Below, one piece after another: positions 56,777 through 64,000 of a DNA stretch of 64,000 nt (the first letter of the stretch is position 1; each line of letters begins with the position of its first letter). The stretch comes from an uncultured Bdellovibrionales bacterium. GTDB lineage: Bacteria; Patescibacteriota; Minisyncoccia; Moranbacterales; DUUL01. The stretch spans positions 867 to 64,866 of the forward strand of contig CAYQVD010000005.1 of NCBI GenBank assembly GCA_964421125.1, in the 5' to 3' direction. The position numbers and the translations under genes were made by a program. The notes under the pieces are model-generated. The model had not been told where the DNA came from, did not search any database, and saw nothing but the letters and a program-made list of their open reading frames with translations.

Positions 56777-58312
56777 CTATTTAATCTTGCAAATTTGATA
56801 ATCCTCAAACTCTGCGACTTTTTCTAGTTCTGCGATTTCCCAATTGCAATCTCGATCAACTACAATCGAACTCTCTTTGTATTCCATCAATTCAGCTTCA
56901 TCTTCTATCCTGTTTTCATTCCCAACCACAACCCAACCTGAAAAATCTTCCATTGGATTAGCCTTGTTGTAATATCTCACCTTATCTTTTCCAAAGTAAT
57001 ATCTGGCTGATGTATATTCAAAAGGATTAGATGTAATTATATATTCCTTCTGAAATAAACCTTTCTCATAAGCCTTAAAGAACTGACTCCAACCCGTTTG
57101 ATACGTAATCTGATTTAAACCAAGTAATAATAAAGCATAAATAAATAACGTTATAAGCCAAGCCCATTTTTTCTTAAAAACTTCCGTAATAAGTCCCGCT
57201 CCAAGAAGATAAAACAAAACAGCTGATGGCATAAAATACCTTGAAACATAAAGCTTGATGTTCACATAGGAAAGTAGTATCAAAAAAGCCAATGTTCCAA
57301 TAGAGATCAAGGATAGAACTAGGAACTCCTTTCGTTTCTGATTTTTCTTCCAAGCAACCACAAATAAAACTGTTAATAATATCAAGACTAACAATCCAAC
57401 AGAAGACCCATTAAAAATTGATGACTTGTTAATAGCTAAGTCAGCAAATGAATTTGCTTCTGGAACTCCGCCTGTTCCTGGCAAATGTCCGAAAAGAAAT
57501 ATCTGCAATGTACTTGGGATATCACTTAAATATGAAACATCAATCCAACCCAAATTTCCTTTCAACATGTGCGTGATGAAGATTTTTATCCAACTCAAGA
57601 AAAATAAGGCAATCACTCCCACTCCAATCCAAAACCCCTTATCTCCGAAAAGAACAGCTCCTTTATTTTTTGCTTTTTTCGTAAAAGGAATATTAAATAT
57701 TTCTTTTTTATTAAAATTCTTTTGATACAAAACATACGCTACATAAAACATTACGAAGAAAAACAAGGAGAGATAGTGAGTCAAAAAGGCTAACCCTCCA
57801 AAAACTCCCCACAAAACCCAGTCTTTAATTTTATTTTTCTGAAGCGCCCGATAGAAAAACCAAACTGCCCACAACAACAAGAACCCAAACAAGCTATACA
57901 TTCGAGCTTCTTGTGAATATTGAATTGCAAATGGAGAAAACGTCGCAATAATAGCAGCTAACATTCCTGCTCTCTTATTAAACATTTTCCACCCAATCCA
58001 AAATAAAGAAATTACCGTCAAAACACCAAAAACAATAGAAAGGGATCGAATCCCAGCAGGAGAATAGTCAAACATAGCACTCCATGGCTTGGCTATCCAA
58101 TAATGAAGAGGTGGATGAACATCATCAAAAATCATTTGATTCATTTCAGGAAGAGGTTGCTTCAAAAGAATCCCGGTGAAAGCTTCGTCATACCAAAAAT
58201 CTCGATCTTCCAATACCGGAGAAAACCGAATTAACACAGCTAAAATAACAACCAAAATTGGTAGAACCCAGAAAAGATTCTTGATTATCTTTGTTTTCGT
58301 TTGTTTTTTCAT
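56777..58312 (-). CDS. GT-C glycosyltransferase (GT39/PMT-like)
   Basis: WYDEAF, DVHPPL, YSQEARMY and THY motifs. Confidence 0.88.
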   Translation of the reverse strand: MKKQTKTKIIKNLFWVLPILVVILAVLIRFSPVLEDRDFWYDEAFTGILLKQPLPEMNQMIFDDVHPPLHYWIAKPWSAMFDYSPAGIRSLSIVFGVLTVISLFWIGWKMFNKRAGMLAAIIATFSPFAIQYSQEARMYSLFGFLLLWAVWFFYRALQKNKIKDWVLWGVFGGLAFLTHYLSLFFFVMFYVAYVLYQKNFNKKEIFNIPFTKKAKNKGAVLFGDKGFWIGVGVIALFFLSWIKIFITHMLKGNLGWIDVSYLSDIPSTLQIFLFGHLPGTGGVPEANSFADLAINKSSIFNGSSVGLLVLILLTVLFVVAWKKNQKRKEFLVLSLISIGTLAFLILLSYVNIKLYVSRYFMPSAVLFYLLGAGLITEVFKKKWAWLITLFIYALLLLGLNQITYQTGWSQFFKAYEKGLFQKEYIITSNPFEYTSARYYFGKDKVRYYNKANPMEDFSGWVVVGNENRIEDEAELMEYKESSIVVDRDCNWEIAELEKVAEFEDYQICKIK

Positions 58313-58360
58313 TTTTGTTTAGATAAGAATTTATTTTTATTATTCAAAAGAATTATCTGG

Positions 58361-59260
58361 TCAATCATCATCTTGATTGTTCTCATTATTATCTTTATCG
58401 TCATTGTGCTCCTCTTCTTCACTATTTCTTAGTTTATATAATACTTTACCATCCAACCTTAAGTCAATATATTCAAGATTATTAATCTCTTCTTTAATAT
58501 TTTCAACTAAAACACTCTTAAGTAATCTCGATTGTTCATAAGCAGTGGAAAAAGAATTAAAATAAACAACAAATCCTTGCTCAGTTTTAACTCGAATTTC
58601 TCCTGACATGAAAGATGGTGTGTAATAGTTTCTTTCTAATTTAATATTAGCCTCTTCCTGTAGAGAATCATTAATCTCAGAACAAAAATTTGCCAACTTT
58701 GGCTTAATAACAACTATACCAGTTTCAAATTCAAGACTGCCTTTACTAAAAACAATTGGAAAATTATTCAAAAAATCTTCATTTCCACTGATTTGATAAA
58801 AAGCTTTTCCAGCTCCATCAATTAAAAAACAATCGTCAAGACTTCCATCCCTACACCAAATTATCACTTCCTTCCTTTCTCTAAAAAAAACTTCGATCGA
58901 ATTGGGGAAATTTTTATTAACCTTAATGTCCTGAGCCATAATTAATTCTTCCTGCAATTTCTTTTCTATTCTTGAAGAAGAAAGTAATAAAATATTATCC
59001 TGAGGAATTAACCCTAGATATTGAGAATTAAGAACGCTTAATACAATCTTCTCTGCAAAATCCTCTTGAAATCCAGTTATTTTAACATCCTTAACCCTAA
59101 TTAAAGAAGAAAAAAATAAAACCCAAAAAGTAACTCCCACAAAAATTACAAGTAAAATAAAGAATAAAATCTTTTTAAGCTGACCTATTTTTTCAGCAGA
59201 AGAAATTTCCTTTTTCATGACATTCTTTCTTGTTTTTTTGTTTTTCTTTTTTTTAAACAC
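58361..59260 (-). CDS. ftsQ: FtsQ/DivIB-type cell division protein (POTRA domain)
   Basis: Basic N-terminus, one TM, V..V.ITG, KNFPNSIEV…ER and LEYIDLR; exact start uncertain. Confidence 0.75.
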   Translation of the reverse strand: MFKKKKNKKTRKNVMKKEISSAEKIGQLKKILFFILLVIFVGVTFWVLFFSSLIRVKDVKITGFQEDFAEKIVLSVLNSQYLGLIPQDNILLLSSSRIEKKLQEELIMAQDIKVNKNFPNSIEVFFRERKEVIIWCRDGSLDDCFLIDGAGKAFYQISGNEDFLNNFPIVFSKGSLEFETGIVVIKPKLANFCSEINDSLQEEANIKLERNYYTPSFMSGEIRVKTEQGFVVYFNSFSTAYEQSRLLKSVLVENIKEEINNLEYIDLRLDGKVLYKLRNSEEEEHNDDKDNNENNQDDD

Positions 59261-59264
59261 TTTT

Positions 59265-60014
59265 CTATTTTTTCTTTTTTAAAATCTCTTTTGTGACAAT
59301 TTTAGTTACTGCAGTAGCACTAACATTATGATAACCAAATTTTCTAATTTCAATCATCTCTTCTCCTTTGTCACTTTTTAAAATAAAATTCTGACCAAGC
59401 TCTGTTTCTTTAATATTTAAAATCTTCACAACACAATCATTACATGCCCCCCAGGTTATAACTTTTACCTTACTATCTTTCGCCAAAGTCCTCACTCTCT
59501 CATCGTCACCATTCAAAAAGACTACTCCTTCTTTCTTAATGCTTTTCACTAACTGCCTCATCTCATCAACAACGTCATCAATTGAAGTATTATTGCCAGG
59601 GAAGCTTCTATCTATATTTGTTATAATTGCCATAACTGGCCTCACCATTGAAAGAAGATAATTCATGTCTCCCTTACAATCAACCCCCATTTCTAATACT
59701 AATACCTTAGGAAATTTACGAGAAAACAATGATACAAAAAATCCCTCAAAAATAATACATATCCACTTAAAAAATGAGGAACATCCTGATGGCAAAAAAA
59801 GCACTGCTAATGGTAGGCCAATTTCATTATTAAAACTTTTAGGATTTCCCCGAACATCCATTTCATCCCCAATCTCTTTTAATATTAAATCTTTAATAAA
59901 GGTCTTATTAGTCGTTCCTGTTATAGCAACTATCATAGGCTTATGACGCCACAAAACAATTTTTACTAATAATTTTAGATAATATTGAATAAAAAATTTT
60001 AATATTTTTTTCAT
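59265..60014 (-). CDS. Truncated MurF-like Mur-ligase middle-domain protein
   Basis: VAITGTTNKT, SFNNEIGLP, VLEMG and NGDD motifs; no C-terminal domain. Confidence 0.75.
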   Translation of the reverse strand: MKKILKFFIQYYLKLLVKIVLWRHKPMIVAITGTTNKTFIKDLILKEIGDEMDVRGNPKSFNNEIGLPLAVLFLPSGCSSFFKWICIIFEGFFVSLFSRKFPKVLVLEMGVDCKGDMNYLLSMVRPVMAIITNIDRSFPGNNTSIDDVVDEMRQLVKSIKKEGVVFLNGDDERVRTLAKDSKVKVITWGACNDCVVKILNIKETELGQNFILKSDKGEEMIEIRKFGYHNVSATAVTKIVTKEILKKKK

Positions 60015-61231
60015 AATTTTACATTATCAATTGTTTCCTTTAAATATTTTTTCAATCTTTTCATGGCGTCATCAATATGCTCATCTTCTCTACCAAAACA
60101 GAGACGAATATGATTTTCTCCTGAAGGACCAAATGCAACGCCTGGAACAACGGTTACTCCAGCCTCCTTAAGTATTTTTAAAGAAAATTTCCAAGAATTA
60201 GAATTCTTTTGGTCACTCCTAAGACTACTCTCTTCTATTTCAACTTTATCAAGCCATTTAATTAATTTTTCAGTAAATACTGGAAAAACAAAATAAGCGG
60301 AATCAGGCTTAACATAAGAAAACCATTCACTCATTTCATCGAGATGTTTACAAATTTTATTTTTCCTTTCAATAAATTTTTCCCTAAATTGAATAATTTC
60401 CTTATCAGCCATTTCTAACGCAGCCAAAGCTGCCCACTGAGAAACCACTGGCGCACAGGTTACCATTGCATCATGAACACCAATAATCTTCTGAGCTATT
60501 TTTGAATCAGTTGCTAAAAAAGCCACTCTCCATCCAGTCATCGCGTATGCCTTGGAAAAAGAAAAAATATAAACAATTCTCTCTCTAAAATTTGAAAATT
60601 TTCCAGTAGAAATAAACTCTACGTCATTATAAATAAAATCTCGATAAACCTCGTCAGAAATAACATATATATCATGATATTCAGCAAGTTGAAGAATTTC
60701 CAAAAGTTGCTCTTTATTATAAACTGTACTAGTTGGATTATTAGGATTACAAAAAAGAATCGCTTTTGTCTTTTTTGTTATCCTTGATTTCAACTCCTCA
60801 ATATTAAAAGACCACCCATCTGACTCATTTAATGGAGCAAAAACTGGCACTCCTCGAGCCGTCTTGATTGCAGACTGATATGATGTGTATGTCGGATCAG
60901 GTATAAGCACCTCATCCCCTGGCTCCAAAAGAGCTAAAAAACTTGCTGTAATTGCTTCAATCGAACCAGCAGTAACTATAATTTCATTTTCAAAATCATA
61001 ATTTATTTCACTTTTTGCAAGATCGTATTCAATTGCCTCTCTTAATTCTAAAAGACCTGGTGACAATGAATATCGAGCTGTTTTCCCTTCATTAATCGCT
61101 TCAATTGCTCTCCTTTTAATGCACTCAGGTGTATCAAAACTAGGAATTCCTTGGGCTAATGAAACAACGCCAGGTATTTTTGTAGAACGAATCTCCATCT
61201 CTTTTATTGGAGACATATTAACTAAATTCAT
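60011..61231 (-). CDS. PLP-dependent aminotransferase class I/II
   Basis: NPNNPT, SDEVY and SFSKAYAMTGWR motifs. Confidence 0.93.
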   Translation of the reverse strand: MNLVNMSPIKEMEIRSTKIPGVVSLAQGIPSFDTPECIKRRAIEAINEGKTARYSLSPGLLELREAIEYDLAKSEINYDFENEIIVTAGSIEAITASFLALLEPGDEVLIPDPTYTSYQSAIKTARGVPVFAPLNESDGWSFNIEELKSRITKKTKAILFCNPNNPTSTVYNKEQLLEILQLAEYHDIYVISDEVYRDFIYNDVEFISTGKFSNFRERIVYIFSFSKAYAMTGWRVAFLATDSKIAQKIIGVHDAMVTCAPVVSQWAALAALEMADKEIIQFREKFIERKNKICKHLDEMSEWFSYVKPDSAYFVFPVFTEKLIKWLDKVEIEESSLRSDQKNSNSWKFSLKILKEAGVTVVPGVAFGPSGENHIRLCFGREDEHIDDAMKRLKKYLKETIDNVKL

Positions 61232-61253
61232 TATTGGATTGACTTAATGCTAT

Positions 61254-62498
61254 CTATTTATATCTTAACGCCTCAAGAGCATTTAGTCTAGCCGCACGTC
61301 TTGCAGGATAAAAGCCAGTAATTAAACCAACTACCGTAGCAAATATGATAATAAACAAAATAAGCCAAAGAGGGAAAGAGAATAATTGAACCTTATCTCC
61401 CCCAAAGGCTCCTGCCAACCAATTGACGCCAAAATTAAGAACCTGACTTATAATAAAACCTAAAACTAATCCTATGGTGCCACCTAAGAAACCAATCATC
61501 ATTGACTCAGTCAAAAACATTTTCCAAATATCAAAAGAAGAAGCCCCAATTGCTTTCATTATTCCAATCTCTTGAGTTCTTTCAAGTAACGCAATTGTCA
61601 TAGTATTGAACATTCCAATTGCACTAACGACAAGAGCAACTACTCCAAATAATGCCAATACTATCTGAGCAATAGTAAAAATCTGACGAGCTTGTTCAAC
61701 AGTCTCAGAAACTGAACTCACGTAAAAACCTTTTTCGATAATACTATCACGAACTTGTTCTATATTTTTTGTAGAATTCACTTTAATTTTCAGTTTATCA
61801 TAATCATTAAATTGAATTTCAGAAACTGATGAATCTGGAACATAAATATAAGAATTAGAAAGGTCATCAATAATCCCTCCAATTTTATAAGTTTTTTCTA
61901 CATATTGAGCCAGAGTCACAACCTTCTGACCAACCTTTTCTTTTGATAAACCACTTTCATTAGTTGTCACAACGGTCTCTTCTTGTTCTGCTTTTTCTTT
62001 AACTTGAACTGTTATATCAATATCCTTAAAAACTTCTGGGTTAATGTCTAATAATTGTAAAGCTGCTAATGATATAACAAGTTTGTCAGATTCCTCTTCT
62101 TGAAAAAATTCCCCCTTATTCACCGTCATCCCTTCAAGACTAAAAAAGTTTGAATTAACAATGTTAACTTTTGCAGAAGAAGTAAGTCCATTTCCATTAA
62201 TCTGTGTATCCTGACTTAACAAGGGATAAACCCCTACAATTTCTCCTATTTCTTTTATTGAAGAAACGCTGTCCTGATCTAACTTAACTGCTTCATTTTC
62301 CTGAGTAACATCTAAAGATAAAAGTGAGTCTTCTGTCGCAATTTTTTCCAAAATTAATTTCTGAAATCCATAACCAAGAGAAACAAGAAAGAAAATTGCC
62401 CCAATACCAATACTAATACCAAGTATTGTTAGTAATGTTCGAAGACGATTATTCTTAAATGATCGAGATGAAATTCTTATTACATCTAAAGAAAGCAT
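61254..62498 (-). CDS. ABC transporter permease (MacB/FtsX family)
   Basis: RTLLTILGISIG, ERTQEIGIMKAIGA and YPARRAARLN..EALR motifs. Confidence 0.92.
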   Translation of the reverse strand: MLSLDVIRISSRSFKNNRLRTLLTILGISIGIGAIFFLVSLGYGFQKLILEKIATEDSLLSLDVTQENEAVKLDQDSVSSIKEIGEIVGVYPLLSQDTQINGNGLTSSAKVNIVNSNFFSLEGMTVNKGEFFQEEESDKLVISLAALQLLDINPEVFKDIDITVQVKEKAEQEETVVTTNESGLSKEKVGQKVVTLAQYVEKTYKIGGIIDDLSNSYIYVPDSSVSEIQFNDYDKLKIKVNSTKNIEQVRDSIIEKGFYVSSVSETVEQARQIFTIAQIVLALFGVVALVVSAIGMFNTMTIALLERTQEIGIMKAIGASSFDIWKMFLTESMMIGFLGGTIGLVLGFIISQVLNFGVNWLAGAFGGDKVQLFSFPLWLILFIIIFATVVGLITGFYPARRAARLNALEALRYK

Positions 62499-62553
62499 AT
62501 TTTTAGTTTATTTTTTACCCAGTTCAATAAAATTGTTAAGTTTGCAAAGCAAA

Positions 62554-63909
62554 TTATTCAACTGGATGTTCTTTTATTAAGTTTGGCCGTTGTCTTGCTT
62601 CAAGCCCATAACCAACAATTAAGATTAAGTCTATTTGTCTTAAAATCTTTTGGACAACTCTTCTATCTAATCCAACTCCACCAGCATTTTTTGGAAGATC
62701 TAATAATTCACTAAATTCTGAATGAGAAATCTCTTCACTAATTCGTTTCTGAAGAAGATTTATAACTTTATCAAAATCTTCCTCACTTATATGAACAGAT
62801 TCTTGATTAATTAGATACTGAAATACAGCTTCTGCCTTCTCTCTTGGAGACACACTTCCAAAAATTATTTTAGCTGAATTAATTAGTTCGTCAATACCAA
62901 AACTAAACTTCTTAGCTGTTCTCACATCCAATCCTGCACCACCTTCTTCTTCATTTTTATCAAGCTGAGCCATTAATGCCATATTGTCATATACTCCAGC
63001 AAGACGAAGCTTAATGCTCTCTTCAATTATTTTAACTTGCTTATTATCATAAGGGATTAAAAATGACTCAGTAATAATTTTAGCCTTAAGTGGCTCCATA
63101 AGTATTCCAATTTGTTTTTCCGAAAGACCTCTGAATTTTTCCATAATTTTTTCAAATCCAGATTTACCAGCTTCTGATGAAGTTTCAATCTCTCGAGAAG
63201 CCCCTAATGTATCCTTCCATTCTTCTTTAACAATTTTTCCATCTTTCATATAAACAATATGAGTCCCCCAAATAGCATTTTCTGGATTATGAGTAACTAA
63301 TATAATAGTCCTTCCCTCTTCTTTATTAAGCTCACTCATTATCTGCATAACATTATTAGCAGATTCTGAATCAAGATTCCCAACTGGCTCATCAGCTAAA
63401 ATGATAGAAGGGTCATTAACAATAGATCTAGCGATTCCAATTCTTTGCTGTTGACCACCTGACAATTCACTTGGAATTTTTTTCCATTGTTCCTTAATAC
63501 CAAACCTCTCAAGTAATGCCATCACTTTTTTTTCCCTTTCCCGTTTTCTTTTGTTAACAAAAATTTGTGGCAAAGCCACATTATCTAAAACTGAAAGTGT
63601 AGATATCAGGTTATATGATTGAAAAACCATTCCCATTTTAGTTCGATGAAATGCCGTTCTATCAATGGCTTTCATTTTCAATATATCAACCTCATCAATC
63701 ATCACAGTTCCATTATCTGGAAGTTCAAGACTTGCCATAATATTCAAAAGAGATGATTTCCCACAACCAGAAGGCCCAAGAACAACAATAAATTCTCCTT
63801 TTTTAATATTGAGATCAACATTATGCAAAGCCTGAAAAGCATTTGACTTCCCTCTATTATAAGTAAGATTAACTTTTCTTAGCTCAACTAAATTTTCTTT
63901 TAATTCCAT
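62554..63909 (-). CDS. ABC transporter ATP-binding protein (LolD/MacB-type) with a duplicated C-terminal extension
   Basis: GPSGCGKS, LSGGQQQR, ADEP and VTH motifs; ~220 extra aa. Confidence 0.92.
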   Translation of the reverse strand: MELKENLVELRKVNLTYNRGKSNAFQALHNVDLNIKKGEFIVVLGPSGCGKSSLLNIMASLELPDNGTVMIDEVDILKMKAIDRTAFHRTKMGMVFQSYNLISTLSVLDNVALPQIFVNKRKREREKKVMALLERFGIKEQWKKIPSELSGGQQQRIGIARSIVNDPSIILADEPVGNLDSESANNVMQIMSELNKEEGRTIILVTHNPENAIWGTHIVYMKDGKIVKEEWKDTLGASREIETSSEAGKSGFEKIMEKFRGLSEKQIGILMEPLKAKIITESFLIPYDNKQVKIIEESIKLRLAGVYDNMALMAQLDKNEEEGGAGLDVRTAKKFSFGIDELINSAKIIFGSVSPREKAEAVFQYLINQESVHISEEDFDKVINLLQKRISEEISHSEFSELLDLPKNAGGVGLDRRVVQKILRQIDLILIVGYGLEARQRPNLIKEHPVE

Positions 63910-64000
63910 TTTTGTTTTATTTTTAGCCGATTTTTATCTTATATAAATAATATCACTATTTCATTTTTAGCACAACCTCCTCCCCCCCTACCGAATATTC

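Overview
This is a 64-kb AT-rich chromosomal segment using the standard genetic code. Gene content points to a Patescibacteria/CPR (Parcubacteria-like) bacterium; this is an inference from the VirD4/TraM-like ATPase, several GT-C glycosyltransferases, a miniaturised TsaB-like gene and the EDPY-type MurE. Core genes are rpoB-rpoC, dnaX, ruvA, rpsT, murE with a FemX-type transferase, ftsQ, tRNA-Gly(TCC) and tRNA-Gln(TTG). Accessory content includes: a surface-glycan locus carrying a divergent RtcB and a TMK-like kinase; two GH130 glycosidase genes, one a pseudogene; a partial purine cluster next to tRNA-Gln with a PAICS-type PurC-PurE fusion and eukaryote-like PurL; an RpoH-box sigma factor with an extra HTH; and a four-helix-bundle (IVP) gene enclosed in 33-bp inverted repeats. 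Intergenic DNA is rich in long hairpin elements. These form at least three repeated families, two with compensatory base changes, plus several singletons. No CRISPR array, rRNA, integrase or transposase was recognised.
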